64,000 nucleotides of DNA from Piromyces finnis finn (Eukaryota; Fungi; Neocallimastigomycota), in contig MCFH01000075.1 of assembly GCA_002104945.1 (NCBI GenBank), positions 158,366 to 222,365 of the forward strand, written 5' to 3'. Each line of letters opens with the position of its first letter. Position 1 is the stretch's first letter. The translations under genes and the position numbers were made by a program. Shown here piece after piece: positions 1-12,728 of the stretch. A model generated the notes under the pieces. That model ran no database searches and had not been told where the DNA came from. It was given only the letters and a program-made list of their open reading frames with translations.

Positions 1-2548
1 CTATAATAGAAATATGTTTAATGAAAATTTTATATTATATATCCTAATATACAATTCAGAAAAGAAAGAAATTTTTAAGTCTTATGAGAATAAATTCAAC
101 AAATAGTAATGAAATAATAATGAATTATATATATAATAACATTGTCAAAAAAATAAATAAATTACATTTTATTATTATTGTCGTTATTTATAAATAATAA
201 TATATTAAATTTAATATTAAGATTAATATTAAATATTCTATCTGTTACTTTTCCTACTTTATAATAACAATAATTATGAAATATTTTTAAATATTTTGTT
301 AAATCATCTACAAAAAAAAAAGGATAGGTATAAAGGCTTAACCTACTTTTTTTTTTTAAGAAATGCTGAATTTCTGTTACCTTGAAAAATAAAGTTTATT
401 CCACATATTAAAATTAAATTTATAATTAAAAATCAAAATTTTTAATTTCATAATATAATTCCCATAATAGTTAATAATTTAATCTTTAATTAAAAAAGTA
501 AAGATATGGATAATATAATTTAAATTAAATATAAGACATTTATTTAAATTATATTCATTCATTTATAATTATACAAATGGACGATAATTTATTTATCAAT
601 TAATTATCAAATTTTAATTATTTATTTAATAATTAATATTTTATTCATTCACTTTTTCTAAATTAAAAATTTACAATCTTAATGTATTCCAATATATATT
701 AAATGAATAAAAGTAATTATTATTCATTATATTCCTATATATTATTATATATTAAATTGTATTTATCTAATTCAATTTTAATTATAACTTAATTAACATT
801 AATAAAAAGATAATATTTTATTTAGTATGTTATTATACCAACCAAGTATTATCATGTACGGTCAATGCTAAACTATAATTATAATAAACCAAGAAGAAGT
901 TATATTATAAGAAATAAAGGTAGTGATGCAATTATACCATTTACAAATAAAATATGCCAGAAAGAATAAGCATTTCATTGAATTATTTTCTATAATAAAA
1001 CAAGAATAAAGAATTTAAGTAAAGAAATTGTTTTACTATTATACATAATTATTTCTATTTATTCTCTTAAATCTAAACGGTTATATTTTACATCCACAAT
1101 TAAAAGTTTTTTTATCCTTCAGATAGTTTTATTATTAACTTTTTTTAATTTATCGAATAATTATATTTTTTTTTTTTTTAGTATTTATAAAAGTTTATTT
1201 TAATTAAATAATTAATTAAAACTTAAATTTCTACCGCTATTTCATATTTATAATTCAACACATGTCTTTTTTTTTTGTTTGTTTGTTAATATTTGTTTTT
1301 GTCTCGGCTTGTCTTTTTTTTATTATTATTATTTTTATTATTATTAATATTGTTATATTAATATTATTAGTAGTGGTATAGTATATGGATTATAAATGAA
1401 AGCTTAACTACTAATTCAATAATGAAGAATAATAATTAAATAATTTAAAAGAAATAATAAAATTAATGCATCCAATATTCTTTCATATTATTATATTATT
1501 ATTAAATTAATCTAATTTATTATTGTTTATTCAAAATTAATTATTAAATATATTAATTTAAAATAATTAATAAACTTTTCTGAATTCGCTAAATTTCTCC
1601 TTTTTTTTTTTTTTTTTATCAAATGTAGCATTATCAATTATCAAACTTTTTTTTTTTTTTTTTTTATCTTTAAAATATATAATTACAATATTTTTCTTTT
1701 CTTTTTTTTTTTTTTTTTTTTTATCAATTTCCTTTTTCTAAAGAATTCAAAAATAAAAATAATAAAAATAAGAATATACATCAAAATTAAAAAAAATAAA
1801 AATAATAAAGAAAAGAAAAACAATTATAATAAATTAAATATAATTTATTATTAATAGTAAGAAATTGGAAAAATATATTAAACAAAAACAACTTAATAAA
1901 AAAGAAAAAGGTATATTAATGAATGATAAACCTACAAAATAACACAATAAAAGAATAATAATTGATAATTCAAAATTAAAAAGAAAATAAAAACTTTTAT
2001 AACAAATCTCAAAAGAAACATATATACATAATAAAAAATAAATAAAGAAAAAGAAATTGAAAAAGAAAAAGAAAAAGAAAAAAATACTTGTTAACATAAA
2101 ATATTATCATTATTTAATAAAAAAAGAATTATCAAAAAACAATTATCATATATTATTTATTTATTTATCCTAAACTATTATTAATAAATATTCAAAAGCA
2201 TAGATATAATTTAAAATAAAATTTAAAAGAAAATAATAATAATAAATGCAATAAAAAATATAAAGAAAAATATAACTAAAATATAAACTATTTATAAGAT
2301 AAAAAATATTTTATTTAATAATCATTTTTATCCAACAATTTTATAAAAGCATCATATTTAGAAAGGAAAAAAAAAAAATAAAATAAAATAAAATCTTTAA
2401 CAATACTTGAAAAAACAATTTAATAAAAAAAGAAAAAGAAAAAAGAAATAAAATTATATATAAAGTTTAAAAAGTTAAAATATTATTTACATAAATTATA
2501 AAAAATATATCAAATAATAAAATATTAAAAATAACAAAATAGGATAAA

Positions 2549-5500
2549 ATGGAAATAGATACACAAAATATTTCTAATACCCCAAAGAACGTTCATTTTG
2601 ATAATAAAGGCAAAAATGTCGAAAATGAAATGAACTCTATGGAAAATTCAGAAGAGAGATTACAAAATACAGAAGAAAACACTAATAGCAGTGATGAAGG
2701 TGGAAATTTAGAATATATTAATGGTGAAGACGATTATGTTGAATACGATGAATATAATGAAGAAGATGACGAATTTCATAATGTCAAAGATAGACAAGAG
2801 GTAAAAAGAAAATAAAAATATTATATAATTGCAAATAAATAAATTTATGGGTTATTTTACATATCAATATAAAATGTGTTTAATCCTGATTTTTTAATAA
2901 TTTTGGTATACTTTATTAGGCAATTAATGTAAGTCATCCATTCGGTCTTCGTCTTTGGAAACCTGCTCTTTATAAAAAACATCGTTCAATTTTTACAAAA
3001 ACACATGAAGCCCTTCACTCTAAACCTGGTCAATCATATTCAAAAGCGGAAATCTTCCTTTTCCCCGGTAATATTATTTGGACTATTACCTTTGGTTGGA
3101 TGGCAGCTTTAACATATTTATTTGTAGCTATTTGCCTTCTTATACCAGTATTTATTGTAGTTTTTATTCTTGAGCATGTTTTAAAACCACATCAAGCTAT
3201 CTCTCTTTCACCTAAACCAAAACAATCAACTATATTAGCCAGATATATTAGAGTAAACTTATTTTAAGTTATAATATATATTCAATATATATATATATAA
3301 AATTAATCAAATAATATTAATATATACATATATTTAGTTATTGTTTGGTATTACACATTATATTTTATGGCCTTTTGGAAAATACATTGAAAAAGTTAAA
3401 GGAAACTTTTCCGAAGATATTGATTACTACGCTGCAATAAACGAAGAAGATAATGATCGCTACAATAATTTCTTCAATCATGATATTGTAGGTGATTATT
3501 CAAGGAAAAGAAATGAACATTTCGCTCGTAAATATGGTTATGAAGAAGAAGAATTAAAATGGGATTTTAAAAAACTTTTAAACTTATTCTTAAAAAATGG
3601 TATTTCAGGATTCTGTTATTACTTATTCATATTAACAATAATTGCACCAATGCATTTAATTGTTGCTGCTATTTGTTGGATGTTCGTTGTTTCAATTCCA
3701 ATGAGCAAATTAAATTTTGTTCTCCTTAACCACATGTTATACGAACCATTAGAACTTTTTGTTCACTCTTCAAGCCCTCCACCATTCCAATTTAGTACAA
3801 TATTTAAAAAAATAAAGAAAAATGATGATGATGAGGCTATTCTTCCTCTCATGAGCTCCCAATCAAATTCTCAATCCAATGATTTCAATAGTAATTATCA
3901 AGTTTCGGGTCAAACAGAAATTATTTTATGTACTTATCGTGCTATTGGTCTTCGTTACTACAAATATACTTTTGGTGGTATCAACGTAATTTTCTTCAAT
4001 TCTCTTCTTTTTGTCGTCTTTACCCTTTTAGACGCCTACATAATTTCACCAAGTACCGGAAAAACAGGAATTGGTCATCCATTAGTAATTTTCTTTTCAT
4101 CTTTAATTTCAGTTATTCCATTAGCCTACTTTATTGGTATGTCTGTATCTTCTATCACTGCACAAACCAATTTAGCTCTTGGTGCAGTTATTAATGCAAC
4201 TTTTGGTAGTATAATTGAAGTAATTCTTTACACAATTGCCTTAGCTGAAGGAAAAGCGAAAATTGTTGAAGGTTCTTTAATTGGTTCTGTATTAACTGGT
4301 ATTCTTGCATTACCAGGTATGAGTATGTTAACTGGTGGTATAAAAAGAAAAGAACAACGTTTTAATGCTAAAAGTGCTGGTGTTTCATCTACACTTTTAA
4401 TTCTTTCTATCATTGGTATATTTACACCAACTCTTTTCCAAAAATTTTATGGTGCATACAATTTAGTTTGCGAAGAATGTCCTAATAACTTAAGTTCCTC
4501 TAATAATTCTACCTTAACGGATGCCACCACAATTATGACTCAATGCAAAAATTGTCGCTTTAAACAACCAGATCCATTAGAAGATGAATTCTACCATAGT
4601 CACACTAAATATTTAGTTTGTATTTGTGCTGTAGCATTAGTATTAACCTATGCTGTTGGTTTATTATTTACTCTTCGTACTCACGTCAAACAAATTTATG
4701 AAAAAACAAAAAAGAATAGTCAAAGACGTAAATCTCGTTCAAGAACTCGTCGCTCTTCTCGTACTCGCGCCAAAAAGAATTATTCAGGTTCATCCTACGA
4801 TAATACAACCAACCGTAGCACTAATACTGCTACTAGTAACAATCTTAGCTATCCAGATGAAGATATCATATATAACTCATATGGTGAAATTATTAATAAA
4901 GACAGTAATATAAAATATGAATTTAATAATTTAATAAATAGTGGAAATGAACGTTATTACCGTTATGATTCCGAAGCATCTTCATCATCTAAGAAAAGTC
5001 AAAGAAGTAGCCGTAGAAGAGGTCGTAGAAGTAATAGCAGAAATAGTAGTATTAATAAAAATGAAAATGTTGATAAAACTCAGGATATTCTTTTAAAAGA
5101 ACAACCCCATAATGACAGTGGTAATAACAATAGTAATAAGGTTGATGCTGAAAATGTTGTTACCATTTCAAATGATAAATCAAAAGAACAAAAACTCTAT
5201 ACTATATTAAATATTCAAGCCGAAGAACCTTCCTACCAACCAAAAATTCGTCGTCGTAATATTAAATCTAAGGAAGACAATACCTCTATTTTATCTGAAG
5301 ATAGTGATACTGATAGTAATGAAGAAAAGGAAGTTGGACATGAAGCTCCAAGTTGGACTAAATTAGAAAGTGTCATTGTATTACTCGTATCAACTATCAT
5401 CTTCTCATTATTAGCCGAAATTTTAATTGGTTCTGTTGATGTTGTATTAAAAAGTATTAGCTTGGATGAAAAATTCTTAGGTGTTACTTTATTCGCTCTT

Positions 5501-5842
5501 GCACCAAATGTTTCTGAATTCTATAATGCTATTGCTTTTGCTATGTATGGAAATATTGCTCTTTCTTTAGAAATTGGTAGTGCCTATGCTACTCAAGTAG
5601 CTATGCTTCAAATTCCTGCTATTATAGGTATTTGTAGTGTTCGTCACTTCTTTATTGATCTTCCATATGAAAGTAAATATTTCTTTACCTTAATCTTCAG
5701 TAAATGGGATATAATAACTATTATTATTGGTGTCTTTTTATTATCTCATGTTTATACTGAAGGAAAAAGTAATTACTTTAAAGGGGCAATGCTTTTAATG
5801 GCTTATACCGTTTTTGTCATTTCTTATTACTTTGCTGTTTAA
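2549..5842 (+). CDS. VNX1: Vnx1-type vacuolar cation/H+ antiporter (CaCA/CAX family), 3 exons (2549-2800, 2920-3252, 3338-5842), ~1029 aa
   Basis: Exon 2 reads AINVSHPFGLRLWKPALYKKHRSI, a Vnx1-family N-terminal motif. Exon 3 has CAX alpha-repeat motifs (NATFGSIIE...GSLIGSVL; ALAPNVSEFYNAI...LEIGSAYATQVAMLQIP) and multiple TM segments. GT-AG junctions keep frame. Confidence 0.85.
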
Positions 5843-6234
5843 GCAAAATAAACTATCTTTTTTTTTCAATATATATTTAATTAAATGTTTTAATGAATTA
5901 TTAGGTTTAATATTTTTTTTTAATTGGGTTAAATAATATAATATTATTAATAATTTTTTTATAAGATGTATATATATATACACATATATTTACTAAAAGT
6001 TATATATATTTATATTATAAATTATTAAATAAAAGCAAATTTTGATATATAATAATAATAATAAAAAAAAAAAAAAATACATATTTTCAATCTTTATTTT
6101 TTTTTTTTTTTTTTTATAATTTTGTGTAGCAATACTTTATTTTTACTTTTATAATGTAGATAGAAATTTTTTATATTATTTATTATATATATTGTTATTG
6201 TTATAATACTGCATGCAATATATGTATTTAAAAA

Positions 6235-6282
<48 letters not shown>

Positions 6283-6293
6283 GATAATAATGA
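6235..6293. repeat. (AAT)n/(GAT)n compound microsatellite
   Basis: About 11 AAT units followed by mixed AAT/GAT units, in the gap between the convergent VNX1 and SNAPC1 3' ends. Confidence 0.85.
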
Positions 6294-6362
6294 TAAAATA
6301 TTAATTCTATAAAAGGGATTAAAGTATTTTTAAAAAAAAAAAAATAATAAAGAATAATTATT

Positions 6363-9300
6363 TTAATTTGTATTTTTTTCTAAAAATTTTATGGTTTTCT
6401 CTAACATTTCTGTATCTTCAAAATTAATAGAACTTAATTCTTCTAATTCTTTATCTAAATCATTTTCATTTTCATGCTTAGCTTGACTTTTAAATTTCAT
6501 TGATGATAGTAAAGTATCTACATTTTCTTCCTTTTCCTTCATATTATTCTTTACAGAATCCTTAACCGACGGGATATCCTGTTCAATATTTTGTAATAAA
6601 TCAGTAATTCCTTTCATTTCATCAATTTCTTGATGAAGATGGCTTATAAGAGTATCAATATTATCATCGAATGTTTCCTCTAATTCTTGTTGTTTTGAAT
6701 TATCAGATGGTGATATTGAATTTAATTGAGGAATTGTGGATAATGTTGTGGAAGAATGATCTTTACCCTCTTTTTTATCCAATGAATTTAACTCAACATT
6801 ATTCTCTTTAAGTAAAGATGAAATTTCACTATTATTATTTTCAAATTCTAAAATTTCTTTTTTAATATTATAAATTTCTACTTCATTCTCATCTATATCA
6901 GAAAAAATTTGTAAAGGTAGGGATGGCTCTATTACTGATAAGGAAGATGGTTCAACATCCTTAGTTTTACTACTACTTGATACCGGAACTGATAAACTAT
7001 TATTATTTACTATTTCATTTGATGCCATTGATTCTTTTGTTGATGGTTCTAAATTAATATCATTCTTGGTATTACTATTATTAGTAATAGTAGTAGCATC
7101 ATTAGTGTTAGTATTAGTATCATTGGTATTATTATTAATAGTTGTAATAGTATTTTTATTAGTATCATTAGCATTATTATCAATAGTTGTAGTAGTAGTA
7201 GTATTTTTATTAGTATTATTAGCATTATTATTAATAGTTGTAGTAGTAATAGTATTTTTATTAATCTCATTAGCATTATTCTTAATAGTTATAGTAGTAT
7301 TATCAGTATTTGTATCAGTATCGATATTGTTAATAGTAATAGCATCATTAATAGTTGTAGTAGTGGCTGCAGTTGTTGTTATTGTTATATTTTCTTTGTT
7401 ATCTTCTTCTAATTGTTCTATCTGTTTTTTTAATTCAAGAGCTATTGATTCTTGTTCTTCGATATTTTGATAGCTATCATTCAACAATGATGTATCTGAT
7501 CTATTTAATCCTTCTGAATCTAATAGATTAGGTTGCATTGAAGATACCTTTGCTTTCTTTCGAATATGCTCATTATCAGATAATTGATTATTGATAGTAT
7601 CTACAGTATTTTCCTGTATTTCAGAACAACTACGCTTATTATTAAACAATGATAAAGAATTTTTATATAATTCTGAAATTGGATATTTTTTTAATTCTGG
7701 AGAAGTAGAAGAAGACGATACAATATTATTCTCTTGTGGAATAATATTTGAATTATTGAATGATGATGGTAATGTAGAAGTTGAAACTTCGGGAATATTG
7801 TTACTGGTAGATGAAGAGGCAAAATCTAAACCTAATATTTCATTTATTTTACTTAATTCTAATAAAGGTTCTGTGGATGGAATTGCACTTATTATATCAT
7901 TACTACCAGAAGGTATAACAGTTGCCTTATTTGATTGATCGAGAGTTAAATCGGATGTATGATTAATTAGATCAGGTTGTTGAGTAGTCTTAAATAAATC
8001 TAAATTAAATTTATTATTATCAATATTAATAGGAAGAGAGGATAACACATCACCCTGAGATGAAATATCTGAAATTTCATTAACATTTTTATTTAATATG
8101 GTTGAAAATAACGATGAACTAATTGGTTCTATTCTTTCAGTATTTTCTTTACCTTCGTTACTATAATAATTAGATAATAAATCTAAATCAATAGGTTGAA
8201 TTGAAGATGATGATAGATCATCATTAATAATATTCAAATTTGTATTTGAATTCGTAATTTGATCTGTTATTAAGTTGGTATTTTCATTTTGCTTTAACTG
8301 TGGTACGTTTATAAAAGAAGATGAAGAAGAATGAGGAGTAGAAACTTTAGGTGGTTTATTTAATATATCTAAAGGAGATGATATATTGTAATCTAACGGT
8401 AAAAGAAGAGAAGATGGAAAAAGAGAGGGTGTAGGTATTTTCTCAGTTAACTGAGCTTTATCTAAATCGTATGAAAAATCTGATGATAAACTATTGACTT
8501 TCTTTCTTTTATGTGTATTACTAGTATTAGCACTGTTATTTGAAAGATTAAGAGAATGATAACGATTATGTTTATGATTATTATTTCTAGCGATTTTTCC
8601 CCATTCTCTTTCAGCCCTTTCCTATTATCAATAATAAAAAAATTTTAATAATTTTATAATTTATATATTTATATATATAGTAATAATATATTTGAATTCA
8701 AGGTATATAATAAATTCAAATTTTTTATTTATTCATTTATTAATGCTAATAATATAATAATTATTAATATTTACCCTAACAGTTAACCCTTCTAAATTTT
8801 CTTCTTCAAATTCATTTTCATTTTGACCTAGGTTTTGCATTATATCATCATCATCATCATCACCTTCTTCATCAATTTCTTCATCCGAATGATTATACTT
8901 TCCTATTAGTTTTTCTAAATAATTGGCATTATCTAATTTATCAAGTTTAAGCGAATAACGATGCTGATAATAAGAGATATTGTATAAATCGTTTTCATTT
9001 ATATTATCTAAAAAGGAAGAGAATTCATTTCTCTCAAATAAATTATTTGAAGGATTTAGTTTTACAGATCGTCCTATAGATTTGATATCGGTATTTTTGA
9101 CTAAATTACTTTTTTTTTCAAAATATTGATTAAATATATTATTAATATCTTCCAATTCATTATCGTTTATGATATTATGCTATGGTTTTTTAAAGTTTTA
9201 CGGAAATTAATACGTTAAAATATTATATATTGTAATTATAATAATAGTATAAATAATCAACATTCAATAAAATATTATTAGTTTTAATTTCATAAGCATT

Positions 9301-10042
9301 AAATTTAAAATGATACAATTATAATAATTTGTATTACTTACAAAATTGAAATTTTCTATATAATTTTGAATATTTTCTAATTCTTCTGATATACTTTTTC
9401 TTTTTGAAATGGTGATATTATAAAATAAATATATATTGTATATGTAATAATAAAAAAAGTAAAATAAGCGTTTATATATAAAGAAAAGATGCATAAGTTT
9501 ATAATAAAACAAAAAAAAAAAAAAAAAAAAAAAAAAAGTTGATTATTAATTAAATATTTATATATATAATTTATAATTAATAATAATACTTACTTTTTTG
9601 TAAACTCTAATCCTTCTTGGCCTTTACAATATGCTACAAATTCAAAAATTTGGTCATATTTCATTTTATAAAAAATATACATTGTATCATAAAGATTATG
9701 TTTTTTTGCCCATTCATTGATATTACATAATTTTATCCAAACATCTATGTATAGAGTAAAATAAAAAGAAATAATGAAATTATAAATAATTATATGTTAC
9801 ATGTATATATTAAAATTAAAATAATTCAAATCTGAAAATTATATTCATTATCTTACATTGTGTAATTTTAATTAATACTTTTGGAAATGCGTTTGGTTGG
9901 GTATAATAAAGCATATATAAAATATATAAATTACCAATATCCATATAGGCATTATTAAATTGAATTAAGTAAGCTAAAAATTTAAACCAAAAAAATAATA
10001 AAATTTAATTTATATAATTTGAAATTTGAAATCCGAAATTGC

Positions 10043-10077
<35 letters not shown>

Positions 10078-10545
10078 TACTTACAAATAGGAATTTCATA
10101 CAATCCCATTAAATATTTATTTCGATAGTTTTTATCCGTACAAATAAATTGGATTAAGGTAAAATCCAATTCTTCCCATAAATTAACAAAATCTTTAAAT
10201 TTTAAAGATTTTAGCTTTTAAAAAAATAAATGTATTTTTATTATTTTATTATTGTCAATAAATATTTGTTGTTGTTGTTATTATTAAAATATGAAAAAAT
10301 AAATTATTGTTATATTATATTATATTCTATTATATTATAGAAATGATGAAAATACATTCCATAATGAAAATCTACTTATAAATACTTTTATATACCTTAA
10401 TAAATTCCTGTAATAAGTATCTTAAATCATTCTCAATTGCTTTTTTTTCAATTGCAATGTCACCAATAACTAAAGAAGGTGGTCCATATATAATTTTGTT
10501 AGTTACATTTGTTGTTGAAGTTGTATTACTACTAATAATGCTCAT
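6363..10545 (-). CDS. SNAPC1: snRNA-activating protein complex subunit 1 (SNAP43)-like protein with a long low-complexity C-terminus; 7 exons (10545-10396, 10214-10085, 9973-9857, 9744-9594, 9399-9342, 9179-8775, 8621-6363), ~1089 aa
   Basis: The spliced N-terminus reads LQEFIKLKSLKFKDFVNLWEELDFTLI...IGNLYILYMLYYTQPNAFPKVLIKI...WIKL...DTMYIFYKMKYDQIFEFVA. This matches the SNAP43 domain pattern (human VGALYLLYGLYNTQ...AAYIFRKL...AFHFTA). Splice phases are consistent and join ORFs 8733-9155 and 6363-8237. The exon 5 acceptor is the least certain. Confidence 0.75.
7128..7290 (-). repeat. Coding tandem repeat, ~3 copies of a ~51-bp/17-aa unit (NNAN[E/N/D][I/T]NKNT[I/T]TTTI)
   Basis: Seen directly in the last exon of the SNAPC1-like gene: NNANEINKNTITTTTIN / NNANNTNKNTTTTTTID / NNANDTNKNTITTIN. 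Confidence 0.8.
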
Positions 10546-10767
10546 TCCAATTAAAAATTCTTTTTTATTAAGAGTTACAAATTTGTTTGTTTTTAATTAA
10601 TTACATCCATATAAAATGAATTATTAAATATTTGACTAAAAGAAATATATAATATTATATAATGAAAATATATAGTAGCAATCAATTTAATGTATAAAAT
10701 ATAAATTATTAAAATACAATGATGTAATAAAATATTAACGCACTATTTATAATATTTTTAACAAATA

Positions 10768-10800
<33 letters not shown>

Positions 10801-12728
10801 AAATTATTTTTTATATTAATTAAATATTAATTTATATAATTAAATTTTATAAATTTAATAAATCTAATCATTAAATTTTAAAAAAAGTATTAAGTAAAAA
10901 AAAGATATTAAAGTATATGTGTATTGTATACTACATTATGTTATGTTTTTTTTTTTTTTTAATAATTTAACAGTAAAGAAATTAGATTTAAGATTTTACA
11001 AATCACTATTATTTATATAAAAAAATAAATATAGCAATTTCTTTAATGCTTATATTTTATCTTCATTTCTTATTAATATTTTTTTTTTTAAGTAATGATA
11101 TCACATCTACCTTATAATAATTATAAAAATTCTTATTATATGATATATTACCTATTTGTGATATTCAAAAATACAGTATTGAAAAACGTGCAAATAGAAA
11201 AGATAAATTAATATATAAATTTTGTTTTTTTAAAAAAGCTGTTATTTCATATAATTATATTTTTTTTTAAAAAAAAAATAATACTACAATATATATAAAC
11301 ATTTTTCAAACTTATTTGATAAGGAAAAAGAATTATTAATACAAAATAATATTCAAATACTGCGTCATTAAATTTATATAGGTAACTTTTTAAAATTTAT
11401 TATTAATTACATCAAGAGAGGATATTGCTCGATTAACCTAATCTTTTAAAATTTCATAAAATAACCTAATCTTTATAGAAAAAGTTGTTCCAAAATTTTT
11501 TAACTTGGTGATTCCTTATAATATTATTATTATATAATATAATTTAAAAATATTTTGTATTATATTGAATCTTAATAATTATATTTTATAATATATTTAA
11601 TATATTTAATATTGATGTATAAATAATCATTTAATAAAATATTAAAGAATTAACTTTTGATTTTATTTTTATATTTTTTTTTTATTTCTTTTTATTTTAA
11701 TATATAAATACAAGAAAATAGACACTTTATTATAAATAATATACATTGGCAATTATACTTATAATGCCTTATTTATTTATATATTAATTTATTATTAACT
11801 TTCTTTTTCATCCAGATAACATTAAAAAGTAATTTATTGTTGATATATATATATAAATTATTATTTATATTTATTTACTTTTTCATTAATAAAAACCAAA
11901 ACAATTTTATAATCCAAAAAACAATAATAAAAATAAAAAAATAAAATAAAATAAAATTATATATATCGTAAAAATATTCAATGAATGAATTGAATAAGTG
12001 ATAATTTATGATATGGACGAATAATTATTATTAATGTTTATAGATACTCATACTTCTATTTAATTTTTTATAAACATTATAAATATTCAAAAACATTGTT
12101 TACAATCAATTTAAAATTTGCAATATTGAAACAAGTATATTTATATTTAAATTTAATTTTTTTCGAGAATTGGAAAAGATATTTTAATACCTGTTATGTA
12201 TTATGTATTATGTTGGTTACAATTAAAATAATAATAATAAATATATAAAAAATTTTTTTATCAATTAATGAAATTATTGAAGACAACATTCAATTTAAAA
12301 CATAAATATAATGTTTATAATAAATTATCTTTATTTACTTTTTAAAATATTTTTTTTTATTAACATATTTATATAATTTAGTATAAATGCGTATTTTTTG
12401 GAGGGGCCGGATTTGGACCCTCTAAAATTGAGCATTTTTATTAAAACTGTAGATATTATAATATTATAGTATTTATTTTTATTGTATTTGAATCTTTATA
12501 TTAATATTTATTTATTTTTAAACATATATATATATAGATTATATTAAAGAGGCTAATTTAAAAAGAAAGTTATTAGTAAAATAAAAGCAAAGTAATAATT
12601 TTTTTTAAATTCTATACATTTTATTTTAATTACTACAAACAAATTTAAATAAAAATAATTTTGTGAGAGAAAATCAAATCAATTACAAATTACATCATAA
12701 TTATTTAATAACTTCATATATACACAAA

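Noticed and set aside
1834-2097. Phe-rich ORF, and similar ones at 19434-19679, 29299-29490, 37934-38137, 50189-50377 and 52991-53182
   Set aside because: They derive from poly-T/A intergenic or intronic tracts, with no domain signal or coding-like codon usage.
7049-7938. Hydrophobic shadow ORFs (7049-7276, 7066-7470, 7591-7938)
   Set aside because: They are alternative-frame or antisense readings of the Thr/Asn-rich SNAPC1-like exon.
11040-11520. Apparent phase-compatible micro-exons on the - strand (GITKLKNFG.., LIEQYPLL, YLYKFNDAVF)
   Set aside because: The implied introns would be only 25-28 nt, far below the ~70-nt minimum seen in the confident genes, and no recognisable product results.
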